Positions 46,145-55,558 of a stretch of 64,000 bases of DNA are shown here, one piece after another (position 1 is the stretch's first letter; each line of letters opens with the position of its first letter). The position numbers were made by a program, and so were the translations under genes. The stretch is taken from assembly GCA_038206105.1 (NCBI GenBank), contig JBBRBF010000006.1:36205-100204 (forward strand), given 5' to 3'. Source of the DNA: Actinomycetales bacterium. GTDB taxonomy: Bacteria > Actinomycetota > Actinomycetes > Actinomycetales > JBBRBF01. The notes below the pieces were generated by a model, which saw only the letters and a program-made list of their open reading frames with translations, had not been told where the DNA came from and made no database searches.

Positions 46145-46677
46145 ACGCGGTGAACCTGCTGATCCGGATCCTGTCCGCGCTGCTGGCGCTCGTCCTCTTC
46201 GTCGGCGGCCTGCTCGCCGCCGCCGAGATCGTCACGGCACTGTTCGGCGGCGGCCCGCTGCTCGTCCCCCACGAGACGTGGAGCTCGTGGCTGAAGGACC
46301 ACACCTGGGAGGACCCGGTGGTGCTCGCCGGCCTCGCGGTCCTGGTCCTGGTCGGGCTCGTGCTGCTGTTCGTGGCCCTCAAGCGAGGACGCTCCCGCGA
46401 GATCGCCCTGCCCGGCACGACCGGCGGGGTCAGCGTCACCGCGGATCGGCGGGGCGTCGAGAAGGCCGTCGCCGCGGCCGCTCGGCGGACCGACGGGATC
46501 ACCGAGGCCAGCGCCTCGGCGGGCAAGCGCACCGTCCACGTCGCCGCGCGGACGCAGCGCCGCTCGGAGGGCGACCTGGACCAGCGGGTCCGCGCCGCGG
46601 TCACCGGAAGGCTCGAGGACCTGGGGCTCGGCCGGCTCCGACCCCGCGTGAAGGTCACCCGGAAGGATGGGCGATGA
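46141..46677 (+). CDS. DUF6286-like membrane protein
   Basis: N-terminal TM, a WEDP motif, a second TM, then VSVTADRRGVEKAV. Its position between Asp23 and AmaP matches known alkaline-shock clusters. Confidence 0.6.
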   Translation: MNAVNLLIRILSALLALVLFVGGLLAAAEIVTALFGGGPLLVPHETWSSWLKDHTWEDPVVLAGLAVLVLVGLVLLFVALKRGRSREIALPGTTGGVSVTADRRGVEKAVAAAARRTDGITEASASAGKRTVHVAARTQRRSEGDLDQRVRAAVTGRLEDLGLGRLRPRVKVTRKDGR

Positions 46678-47252
46678 AGAACCGCATCGACGCCGTCAAC
46701 CGCACGGTGCTCGCCCTGCTGGCCCTGCTGCTCGTCGCGGCGGGCGCGCTGGGGCTCGCCGTCGGCTACGGACTGTTCGGCAGCCAGCGCCCGTCGCTGC
46801 CGCTGCTGCCCGACCCGCTGCGCGAGTTCGCGGTGGACCAGCCGTGGCTGTGGTGGGCGATCGCCGCGGCCTGCGTGCTGCTCGCCCTGCTGGGCCTGCG
46901 ATGGCTCGCCGCCCAGATCGTCAGCAGCCACGTCGGCAGGCTGGACCTCACCAGCGACGAGTCGCAGGGGGTCACGACGTTGAACGCCGGCGCCTTCACC
47001 GACGCCGTCGCCGACGACGCCGAGACCTTGCGCGGTGTCTCCGGCGCCTCCGCGACGCTGAAGGGCGAGCGCACCCAGCGGTTGCGCCTCACCGTCGACC
47101 TCGACGACCACGCCGACATCGTGGCCGTGCGGCGGCAGCTGGAGGAGCAGACCGTGGCCCGCGCCCGGGAGGCCCTCGACGCGCCCTCGTTCCCCGTGGA
47201 GATCCGGCTGCGTCCCGACGCCAAGCAGGTCTCCCGCCCCGCCCCCTCCTGA
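46674..47252 (+). CDS. amaP: alkaline-shock membrane anchor protein AmaP-like
   Basis: MKNRIDAVNRTVLALLALLLVAAGALGL..., a second TM, then an Asp23-like soluble domain. The start shares an ATGA overlap with the upstream gene. Confidence 0.65.
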   Translation: MKNRIDAVNRTVLALLALLLVAAGALGLAVGYGLFGSQRPSLPLLPDPLREFAVDQPWLWWAIAAACVLLALLGLRWLAAQIVSSHVGRLDLTSDESQGVTTLNAGAFTDAVADDAETLRGVSGASATLKGERTQRLRLTVDLDDHADIVAVRRQLEEQTVARAREALDAPSFPVEIRLRPDAKQVSRPAPS

Positions 47253-47397
47253 CGACGCGCCGCCGCCGCCGCCGCGGTGATCGACGGGCCCGAGCCCGAG
47301 GCTTCGCGTCTGACGAATACGCTTTCGGCCGCAACGATTCTGCGCTCTACTGGAGGCACATCCCCGACACGGGGTGACGGCTGGCGAGGAGCGGGCC

Positions 47398-47826
47398 ATG
47401 GACGCACGTTCGGCACGAAAGACCTGCTTGTCCTTCGTCCTCCCCGTGGCCCTGGTGTCCGGGGCCGCCCTCGCGGCTCCCGCCTCGGCCGCGGAGAGCT
47501 CCGGGGTCCGCGCCCGGACCCCCGCGCACCTCGTGGACGGCGGCGGCGTCGACGTGCGCGTGCGAGCACGGTGCGCGGCGGGCCTGACGGCATTCGAGCT
47601 CGGCGCCACGGTTCGGCAGGGTGCGGCGACGGCCAGCACCACCGAGGTGGCGCGCGACGTGGTGGCGTGCGACGGGCGCCACCACACCCGCGTGCTGCGC
47701 GTCGTCGCGCCCGATGCCACGTTCTCGCCGGGAGCGGCGAGGGTCGACGTCTACCTCGCGACCTTTGACCCGCAGGAGGGTGACGTCGTCGTCACGCGTA
47801 CCTCCCGGATCCGGCTCACGCCGTAG
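47398..47826 (+). CDS. hypothetical secreted protein
   Basis: Signal peptide MDARSARKTCLSFVLPVALVSGAALAAPASA. I recognise no family. Confidence 0.45.
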   Translation: MDARSARKTCLSFVLPVALVSGAALAAPASAAESSGVRARTPAHLVDGGGVDVRVRARCAAGLTAFELGATVRQGAATASTTEVARDVVACDGRHHTRVLRVVAPDATFSPGAARVDVYLATFDPQEGDVVVTRTSRIRLTP

Positions 47827-47855
47827 CGAAGCCGGGGGCGACCTCGTGGTCGCTC

Positions 47856-47883
47856 GCACCGCACCGCACCGCACCGCACCGCA
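47856..47883. repeat. pentanucleotide microsatellite (GCACC)x5 plus GCA
   Basis: Exact copies, in the intergenic gap between the secreted-protein gene and the sulfatase pseudogene. Confidence 0.9.
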
Positions 47884-47969
47884 GTAGCCATCGGCCGCCG
47901 CGCCGCGAGGGACGCGTGTCCCACCGCCGGGGCCGGGTGTAGGGCCTCGACGAGAAGAGGACGAGTGGG

Positions 47970-49449
47970 ATGTCCCGGCGGCGCGCACGGGCAGGCCTCG
48001 CAGCGAGCCTGACCCTCCTCGTGGTGGCGGCGCTGCCTCTCACCCCGGCGACCGGTGCGGGGGCTGCGGAACGGACCGGCACACCCGGTGCCCTGGCCGC
48101 CGCCTCGCCGCCGAACATCTCCTTCTACAACCTGGACGACCTGCGCGACGCGTTCCCCGGCGGGATCGACCCGCTGCGGTTCATGCCGCAGGTACGCCGG
48201 TGGTTGGGGACCGCCGTCGACGGCGCCGCCGGAGGAGCACGACGGTAGCGACAGACGTTCGTGGCGGACCCGTCCTGCTGCCCGTCCCGGGCCTCGCTGA
48301 TGACCGGGCGCTACCCGCACAACAACGGGGTGCGGACCCAGCAGGACGGGCCCGCGTTCGACGCGCGCCACTCGATGGCCTGCTACCTGCGCGACGCGGG
48401 ATACGACACGTACCTGGCCGGCAAGTTCCTCACCAGCTGGGCGCGTACGGCGAGACCACCGTGCTTTCGCGGCTCCACCGTGATGTGGGGTGGGTACCGG
48501 GACGTCTCCGTCCGTGTCGACGGCGTCGCGGGCACCGCCAGCGGCTACTCCACCACCTACCTCGGCGTCCGTGGCCGGGAGTACGTCGACCGGGCCGTCA
48601 CCACCGGGACGCCGTTCCTGCTCTACGAGACGCCCCAGGCGCCCCACTGGGTGCCCGTCACCGCGCCCGGCGGCACCACGACGAGGCTCGCCGTCCCGTC
48701 GACCCGCTACCGCAACGCCGCGGTCGGGCCGTGCGCCGGTGTCCGCGAGGCCGACCGCTCCGACAAGCCCGCCTACGTCCGGCGGATGGCCTACACGCCC
48801 GCTCAGGCGCAGGCGATGTGCGAGAGCCAGATGCGCGCGATCATGACAGCCGACGACGAGTTCGGTGCCACGATGCGGCTGCTGGCCAACCGGGGGGTGC
48901 TCGACGACACGCTCGTCGTGTTCTCCTCCGACAACGGCTTCATGTGGGGCGAGCACGGCCGCTGGGAGAAGTTCGTGCCGTACGAGCCGTCGTTGCGCGT
49001 ACCGCTGCTGGTGCGCTGGCCGGGCCACGTCGTCCCCGGGACCGACACGGGTCGCCTGGCCTCCTACGTCGACCTGCTGCCCACGATGCTGGACGCCGCC
49101 GGCGTCGCGCTGCCGGCCGGTGCTCCGCCGCTGGACGGCGAGTCGCTGCTGCGACCGTCCAGGCCGCGCACGACCGTGTACGCCGAGTACTACGCCGACA
49201 CCGCGAATCCCGGAATCCCGTCGTGGCGCATGGATCCGCACCGCGACCGCGAAGTACGTCCACACCGTCGACGCCGGAGGCGCGGTGATCGCTCGCGAGT
49301 ACTACGACCTCGTCGCGGACCTCGCCGAGAACCGCAACCTGCTCGGGGACGCCACCACGGCGAACGACCCCCCGGTCGCAACGCTCACGACCCTGCGGAA
49401 CCGGCTCGCCGCGCTGGCCGGATGCGCCGGACCGGCCTGCGTCCGCTGA
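47970..49449 (+). pseudogene. type I sulfatase disrupted by an in-frame TAG (48246..48248) and a frameshift near 49225-49235
   Basis: Signal peptide, then PPNISFYNLDDLRD...MPQVRRWL...RR-TAG-RQTFVADPSCCPSRASLMTGRYPHNNG (CxPxR motif)...VVFSSDNGFMWGEHG. The C-terminus WIRTATAKYVHTV...REYYDLVADLAENRNL lies in a different frame. Confidence 0.7.
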
Positions 49450-49474
49450 GCGGCGCTGTCACGAGGAGCGCCGC
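49450..49474. terminator. hairpin between the convergent sulfatase pseudogene and the polymerase-domain gene
   Basis: GCGGCGCT-gtcacgagg-AGCGCCGC, an 8-bp stem beginning at the last base of the sulfatase stop codon (49447..49449). Confidence 0.35.
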
Positions 49475-49557
49475 CCGTTGCTGGGGTCCGCGCCGTCGCC
49501 GCCAGGCCTCACCGACCCTTCGTGCGCCGGCTGCGTGCCCGACGTGCATGATCACCG

Positions 49558-50601
49558 TCAGGTCGCGGAGGGTGGGACGGGGTGACGGGCGCGGCTCGGC
49601 TGCACCCGCATCGGCTCGCCGGGCATCTTCGGGTAGTCCGGCGGGAAGGGCATCTCGCCCAGCCCGTCGGCGAGGTCGCGCTCCCACCACGCCAGCAGCG
49701 GGGCGACGTCCCCGGCGGCGTCGTCCATGCCCTCCCACGGGTCGCCTGCGGCGGCGAGCCGGTCCGGGACCGTGCGCACCGTCAGCTCCGTCGGGTCGGT
49801 GGCGGCGAGCTCGTCCCAGCCGAGCGGGCACGACACCGGGGCGTGCGGCAGCGGGCGTGGGCTCCAGGCCGACGCCATGGTCCGGTCGCGCGCCATCTGG
49901 TTGAAGTCGACGAAGACGCGCTCGCCCCGCTCCTCCTTCCACCACGCGGTGGTGACGAGGTCCGGGCGACGCCGCTCGGCCTCCCGGGCCAGGGCGATCA
50001 CGCCGTGCCGCACGGTCAGCACCTCGTGCTCCGGGCGGATCCGCGCGAACACGTGCACGCCGCGGTTGCCGGACGACTTCGCCCAGGCCACGAGGCCGGT
50101 CTCGGCGAGCACGTCCCGCAGCAGCAGCGCCGCCTGCACCGCGTCGTCCCAACCCCGGCCGGGTTGCGGGTCGAGGTCGACGCGCAGCTCGTCCGGGTTG
50201 TCGTTGTCCCCGGTGCGCATCGGCCACGGATGGAAGGTCAGGGTGTTCATCTGCACCGCCCAGACGGCGGTGGCGACCTCGTCGACGACGAGCTGCGGGT
50301 GCTGCCGGCCGCTGGGGTAGGTGCACACCGTCGTGCGCACCCACTCCGGGACGCCGCGGGGCGGGTTCTTGGAGTAGAAGGCCTCCCCGTCCACGCCCTC
50401 CGGAAAGCGTTGCAGCGTCACCGGGCGGTCGGCCAGCGCGCGCAGCAGGGCTGGCCCGACGGCCACGACGTACCGCGCGACGTCGAGCTTGGTGACACCG
50501 GCCTCCGGGTACACCAGGCGACCGGGGCTGGAGATGCGCACCCGCCGCTCGCCGTCCGGGCCCGGCACGTCCAGGACCGTCGCGTCCGCCACGCGCGTCA
50601 T
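49558..50601 (-). CDS. LigD-like polymerase/primase domain protein (stand-alone PolDom/Prim-Pol)
   Basis: RISSPGRLVYPEAGVTKLDVARYV..., LQRFPEGVDGEAFYSKN, PDELRVDLDP, KSSGNRGVHVF and VFVDFNQ. Confidence 0.85.
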   Translation of the reverse strand: MTRVADATVLDVPGPDGERRVRISSPGRLVYPEAGVTKLDVARYVVAVGPALLRALADRPVTLQRFPEGVDGEAFYSKNPPRGVPEWVRTTVCTYPSGRQHPQLVVDEVATAVWAVQMNTLTFHPWPMRTGDNDNPDELRVDLDPQPGRGWDDAVQAALLLRDVLAETGLVAWAKSSGNRGVHVFARIRPEHEVLTVRHGVIALAREAERRRPDLVTTAWWKEERGERVFVDFNQMARDRTMASAWSPRPLPHAPVSCPLGWDELAATDPTELTVRTVPDRLAAAGDPWEGMDDAAGDVAPLLAWWERDLADGLGEMPFPPDYPKMPGEPMRVQPSRARHPVPPSAT

Positions 50602-50719
50602 CCTGTCAGCACCCCGCGTCCCGGCAGCACCCGCCGCGAGGGAGCACGGGAACGAGACGGAGCCCGCGCGGGTTGGCAGGGGCATGGGCATCCTCGACCG
50701 CCTCACCAGGAGGAACCGC

Positions 50720-51142
50720 ATGCAGGACACCGACCGCACCTACCCCGCCGCCCGCTCCGAGGAGGAGTACCGCGCGCAGCTCAGCCCGGAGGAGTACTCC
50801 GTGCTGCGCCAGGCGGGCACCGAGCGCCCGTTCACCGGCGAGTACACCGACGCGAAGACCGAGGGCGTCTACTCGTGCCGCGCGTGCGACGCCGAGCTCT
50901 TCCGAAGCGACACCAAGTTCGAGTCGCACTGCGGGTGGCCGTCGTTCTTCTCCCCGCTGGCCGGCGACGCCGTCGAGCTGCTCGAGGACCGCAGCCTGGG
51001 CGCGACCCGCACCGAGGTGCGCTGCGCCTCGTGCGGGTCCCACCTCGGGCACGTGTTCTCCGGCGAGGGGTACGACACCCCGACCGACCAGCGGTACTGC
51101 ATCAACTCTGTGTCGCTGCGCCACGAGCCCGCGCAGGGGTGA
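50720..51142 (+). CDS. msrB: peptide-methionine (R)-S-oxide reductase
   Basis: YSCRACDAELFRSDTKFESHCGWPSF...CASCGSHLGHVF...RYCINS. ATG at 50720 lies 6 nt after AGGAGG. Confidence 0.9.
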   Translation: MQDTDRTYPAARSEEEYRAQLSPEEYSVLRQAGTERPFTGEYTDAKTEGVYSCRACDAELFRSDTKFESHCGWPSFFSPLAGDAVELLEDRSLGATRTEVRCASCGSHLGHVFSGEGYDTPTDQRYCINSVSLRHEPAQG

Positions 51143-52011
51143 GCAGCGAGCCGGGGGCGGACGGCGTCCGCCGGTCGGCGTGGGCGGGGCTCGACCCCGC
51201 GACGCTGCACGACGTCGTCCGCCTCCGGGTCGACGTCTTCGTCGTCGAGCAGCGCTGCCCGTACCCCGAGCTCGACGGCCGGGACACCGACGCCGGGACC
51301 GAGCACGTCTGGACGGCCGGCGCCGGGGTCCCGGTGGCCGCCTACCTGCGCGTGCTCACCGGGGATGACGGCACCCGGCGCATCGGCCGGGTCGTCACCG
51401 ACGCCAGGTGCAGGGGCCGCGGCCTGGCCGCAGCCCTCGTCGCCGACGTCGTCGCCCGCCACGGCGAGGAGGACCTCGTGCTCGACGCGCAGAGCCACCT
51501 CGCCGGGTGGTACGAGTGGTTCGGGTTCGCGGCCGACGGCGACCCGTTCGTCGAGGACGGCATCCCGCACGTGCCGATGCGTCGGCGGTCGGCGGCGCCG
51601 GCCGGAGCCCCCGTCGGGTCGCGGCCGGGGCCGGTGAACCCCCGGCGTGCGGCGCCGGACCCGGTGGGCGAGGCTGGTGCGATGACCGCGACGACACCCG
51701 AGAACGAGCCCTTCCCCGACCCCGCCGAGCCGCTGGACGACCCGACCGACGACCCCGACGTGCTCGCAGCGTCGTCGCAGCTGGGCGAGCGTGACGACCC
51801 GGGGGCCCTGGCCACCGACGGGCTCGAGGCCGACCCGGACGACGACGGCTGGGAGCCCCCGGAGAGACCCGGCCCGGTGAGCGACCTCGCGGACGCGCCG
51901 ACCGTCGACACGCCGTCGTCCCTGGACGAGCGGCTCGCCGAGGAGGAGCCGGAGCCCGACCCGGCGGGCGCCGGTCGGGCCGACGCCGAGCACGACCTGC
52001 GGGAGACCTGA
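51139..52011 (+). CDS. GNAT (ElaA-like) N-acetyltransferase continuous with an acidic DUF5709-like C-terminal region
   Basis: VDVFVVEQRCPYPELDG...IGRVVTDARCRGRGLAAAL...GWYEWFGF. The same frame then continues without a stop into MTATTPENEPFPDPAEPLDDPTDDPD..., which has an internal ATG at 51682. Confidence 0.65.
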   Translation: MSSEPGADGVRRSAWAGLDPATLHDVVRLRVDVFVVEQRCPYPELDGRDTDAGTEHVWTAGAGVPVAAYLRVLTGDDGTRRIGRVVTDARCRGRGLAAALVADVVARHGEEDLVLDAQSHLAGWYEWFGFAADGDPFVEDGIPHVPMRRRSAAPAGAPVGSRPGPVNPRRAAPDPVGEAGAMTATTPENEPFPDPAEPLDDPTDDPDVLAASSQLGERDDPGALATDGLEADPDDDGWEPPERPGPVSDLADAPTVDTPSSLDERLAEEEPEPDPAGAGRADAEHDLRET

Positions 52012-52033
52012 AGGGCCTGCGTCGCGGAGGGAC

Positions 52034-52774
52034 TCAGGGCAGGCGGGCCACCAGGTCCGTCAGCGGCGCCCGGGGGCCGGTGTAGAACGGCACCTCCTCG
52101 CGCACGTGCCGCCGGGCGTCGGTGGCGCGCAGGTCGCGCATCAGGTCGACGATGCGGTGCAGCTCGTCGGCCTCGAAGGCGAGCAGCCACTCGTAGTCGC
52201 CGAGGGCGAAGGCGCTGACCGTGTTGGCGCGCACGTCGGGGTAGGTGCGGGCGGCGCGGCCGTGCTCGACGAGCATGGCGCGCCGCTCCTCCTCCGGCAG
52301 CAGGTACCAGTCGTAGGAGCGCACGAACGGGTAGACGCACAGGAAGCCCCGGGGCTCCTCCCCGGCCATGAACGCCGGCACGTGCCCCTTGTTGAACTCG
52401 GCGGGCCGGTGCAGCGCGACCTGCGACCACACCGGGTCGAGCCTGCGGCCGAGACGCGTGCGGCGCAGCCGCTCGTAGGCCCGCTGCAGCGTCTGCACGT
52501 CCGGCGCGTGCCACCACACCATCACGTCGGCGTCGGCGCGCAGGCCCGCCACGTCGTACCAGCCGCGCACGACGAGGTCCTCGCCCGCGAGGTCGTCGAC
52601 AACCTGCTGCACCTCCGCGGCGAGCGCCGCCCGGTCGCCGTCGCCGTCGCCGTCCCTGCCTCTGTCGTCTGTGTCGACGCCGCCCGCGCGGACGGCGAAC
52701 ACGGACCACATGGCGTACCGGATCGTCGCGTTGACGTCGCGGGCGGGGATGCGCTCGGAGGCGGGCGTGCTCAT
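52034..52774 (-). CDS. hemQ: hydrogen-peroxide-dependent heme synthase / coproheme decarboxylase
   Basis: Chlorite-dismutase-family pattern: YAMWSVFAV..., [27 protein letters not shown] and [18 protein letters not shown]. Confidence 0.9.
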   Translation of the reverse strand: MSTPASERIPARDVNATIRYAMWSVFAVRAGGVDTDDRGRDGDGDGDRAALAAEVQQVVDDLAGEDLVVRGWYDVAGLRADADVMVWWHAPDVQTLQRAYERLRRTRLGRRLDPVWSQVALHRPAEFNKGHVPAFMAGEEPRGFLCVYPFVRSYDWYLLPEEERRAMLVEHGRAARTYPDVRANTVSAFALGDYEWLLAFEADELHRIVDLMRDLRATDARRHVREEVPFYTGPRAPLTDLVARLP

Positions 52775-54294
52775 GGCCGCATCGTCGCACCCGCGTCCGC
52801 ACGCCCCGATCCGGGCCGCCGGTCGTCGAGGTCGGCGAGGACGGCGGCCGCGGCCCGGGACGCCGACGCCAGGCACGCCGGCACGCCCACCCCCTCGTGG
52901 ACGGCGCCGGCGAGCGCGAGCCCGCCCGCACCGGCTGCCGCCTGGCCCGCACGCGCGACGACGGCCGGGTGGCCCACCGCATACTGCGGCAGCGCCCCGC
53001 CCCACCGCCGGAGCAGCAGGCCCTGGGGTCGCAGCGCGCCTCCCAGCACCGCCGCCGCGTCGTCGACGGCGGCTGCGACGAGGTCGTCGTCGTCTCGCAG
53101 CAGGTCGGCCTCGCGGCCGGCGCGCCCGACGGACAGCCGGACCACGTCACGTCCTCCGGCCGCCTCGGCGACCCAGCGCCACTTGCGCGAGGAGAACGTC
53201 ATGGCCTTGACGAGGTGACCCTCGACCGGTGGCACCAGGACCCCCGACAGGCCGGGCGGCGTGAGCGCGTCGAGGGTCCCGGGCGGGAGCGCGGCGGCGA
53301 CGACGGCGACGCTCGCGGTCTGCACGCCCGCCAGCGCGGCGGCCGCGGCGGGCACGTCGGCGGCCAGCAGGCGGGACGCGCGGGCGGCGGGCAGCGCAAG
53401 CACCACCGCGTCGGCGTCCAGGTGCTCGCGCGACGTCGACGCACCGAGGCCGAGTCGCCACCGCGGTCCGTCCCCGGCCGGCAGCCGCCGCAGGGACCGC
53501 ACGACGATGCCGGTGCGCACGTCGGCGCCGCCGGCGACGAGGCGCTCGTGCAGGGTCTCGGCGAGCCGGGCGACGCCGCCGCGCAGGCCGCCGAACACCG
53601 GGGCAGCGGGGGTGGCCGGGGCCGGCACCGGCACCGCGTCGAGCAGGGCGACGCCGTCGCGCGCGGCCGGCCACAGCGCGGGCACGCACGACCGCAGCGA
53701 GAGCCGTCGTGCGTCGCCGGCGTACACGCCGCCCAGCAGCGGCTCGACGAGCCGGTCGACCACGGCGTCACCGAGCCGGTCGGCGACGAACGCGCCCAGG
53801 GCCACGTCGTCGCCCGCCACGGGCGCCGGCGCGACGGGCTCGGCGGCGGCGCGCGCGACCTCGTCCGGCGTGAGCAGAGGCGACAGCGCGGCCAGTGCCG
53901 AACGACCGGGGACCCCCATCACCGTGGCCGGCGGCATCGGGTGCAGGCCGCTGCGGGACGCCACCGCGGCCCGGGTGGCGTCCGGGTGCACGAGGTCGGA
54001 TCCGAGGCCGAGCTCGGCGACGAGGTCGAGGGCCTCGGGCCGACGCGCGAGGAACGCCTCCGCGCCGACGTCGAGCCAGGCCCCGGCGTCGTCCGGACCT
54101 GCTGTCGAGCCCCCGGCCGGGCCGGGCAGGGGCACCCGGTGCAGCAGCCCCCCCGTCCGGGGCGACTGCTCCAGCAGCACCACCCGGCGCCGCCCCGGGG
54201 CCGCGAGCAGCCGCCAAGCAGCGGCGAGCCCGCTCAGACCGGCGCCGACGACCGCCACGACGGGTTCGCCCGCGGGGGCGCCGGCTCGGGTCAC
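52771..54294 (-). CDS. hemY: protoporphyrinogen/coproporphyrinogen III oxidase
   Basis: FAD motif [17 protein letters not shown], the region [10 protein letters not shown], and ALPQYAVGH. Its stop shares an ATGA overlap with the hemQ start. Confidence 0.85.
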   Translation of the reverse strand: MTRAGAPAGEPVVAVVGAGLSGLAAAWRLLAAPGRRRVVLLEQSPRTGGLLHRVPLPGPAGGSTAGPDDAGAWLDVGAEAFLARRPEALDLVAELGLGSDLVHPDATRAAVASRSGLHPMPPATVMGVPGRSALAALSPLLTPDEVARAAAEPVAPAPVAGDDVALGAFVADRLGDAVVDRLVEPLLGGVYAGDARRLSLRSCVPALWPAARDGVALLDAVPVPAPATPAAPVFGGLRGGVARLAETLHERLVAGGADVRTGIVVRSLRRLPAGDGPRWRLGLGASTSREHLDADAVVLALPAARASRLLAADVPAAAAALAGVQTASVAVVAAALPPGTLDALTPPGLSGVLVPPVEGHLVKAMTFSSRKWRWVAEAAGGRDVVRLSVGRAGREADLLRDDDDLVAAAVDDAAAVLGGALRPQGLLLRRWGGALPQYAVGHPAVVARAGQAAAGAGGLALAGAVHEGVGVPACLASASRAAAAVLADLDDRRPGSGRADAGATMRP

Positions 54295-54448
54295 GTCGCC
54301 AGCGTCGCAGGCGCGGCCGACGTCGCCGTGACCGGATCGTGCCCTACGGGTTCGCGTCCGGCGGGAACCGACCTGGCTGCCGCCCCCTCCCACCCGTGCC
54401 ACGCCGGCGACCCCGCCCGCCGGACGCGCCACCGAGCAGGAGGACCCC

Positions 54449-55552
54449 GTGCCCCTCACCGACCCGCCCCCCTCGCCCGCCCGCCCGGCCGCAGGCGCCC
54501 GACCGCCACGACGGCTGCGGCGGGCGGTCCTGCTCGGGCTGGCCGCACTGCTGCTGACCGCTCCGGCGCTCGCCGGGTGCGGCGCCGGCGCCGGCTCGTC
54601 GTCGGAGACGACCGAGCAGCTGGAGCCGCAGGACGTGGGCGACATCCCCGCGTCCGGCGGGCGCGGGGCGGACGGCAGCGACGCGGCACGCCCGGACGGC
54701 GGCACCGGGCATGACGGCGGCGCGGACGATGCGACCGGGGCGGACCAGGCACCGGGTGCGGGAGCCGACGCGCCGCGCGCGTCGGACCGGCGGGTCCGCC
54801 GTGCCGACGTCACGCTCGAGGTCGCCGACCTCGCCACCGGCGCCGCCCGGGTCCGCCGCCTCGCGACCGACCACGGCGGGTACGTCACCACCGAGGCCCT
54901 CGGCCGGCTCACCGTCGACACCGCGGGCGCGCCGGAGACCTCGGACGTGGGCCCCTGGCCCCCGATCCCCCCGGTAGGGCCCGGGCAGGCCCGGCTGGTG
55001 CTGCGGGTGCCCCAGGACCGGCTCGACGAGGCGGTGGCGGCGCTGGCCGCGGTCGGCACCGAGGTCGGCCGCTGGACCAGCGAGCAGGTCGTCGAGGCCG
55101 ACCTCGTCGACCTCGACGCGCGGGTGGCCACCGCGACCCGCAGCGTCACGCGGGTGCGGGACCTGATGGGCGAGGCCGGGTCGCTGGACGACGTGCTGGC
55201 CCTGGAGGTCGAGCTCGCCCGCCGCGAGGGCGACCTCGAGGCACTGCGCGCCCGCCGCGACACCCTCGCCGGTCAGGCGGCGCAGGCGACGCTGTCGGTC
55301 GTGCTGCTCACCCCGGAGTCCGTGGCGGCGGGGGTGGGTGCGGGGGGCTTCACGGCCGGGCTGGCCGCGGGCTGGTCGGCGCTCGCGGCAGGCGCTGCGG
55401 TCGCGCTCACCGCCATGGGGGCGGCGCTGCCGTTCGCGGCCCTCGCGGCCGTCGTGGTGGTCCCGCTGCTGGTGCGGTCCCGGCGTCGGCGGGCCGCCAG
55501 GCCTCGTGCGGCGGCGGCGGCGCCGTCCTCCGGCGGCGACGCCTCGGCGTGA
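54449..55552 (+). CDS. DUF4349-like lipoprotein
   Basis: Lipobox LLTAPALAGC, a coiled-coil region (DLDARV...LEVELARREGDLEAL) and C-terminal TM helices. Confidence 0.65.
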   Translation: MPLTDPPPSPARPAAGARPPRRLRRAVLLGLAALLLTAPALAGCGAGAGSSSETTEQLEPQDVGDIPASGGRGADGSDAARPDGGTGHDGGADDATGADQAPGAGADAPRASDRRVRRADVTLEVADLATGAARVRRLATDHGGYVTTEALGRLTVDTAGAPETSDVGPWPPIPPVGPGQARLVLRVPQDRLDEAVAALAAVGTEVGRWTSEQVVEADLVDLDARVATATRSVTRVRDLMGEAGSLDDVLALEVELARREGDLEALRARRDTLAGQAAQATLSVVLLTPESVAAGVGAGGFTAGLAAGWSALAAGAAVALTAMGAALPFAALAAVVVVPLLVRSRRRRAARPRAAAAAPSSGGDASA

Positions 55553-55558
55553 GGGCCG

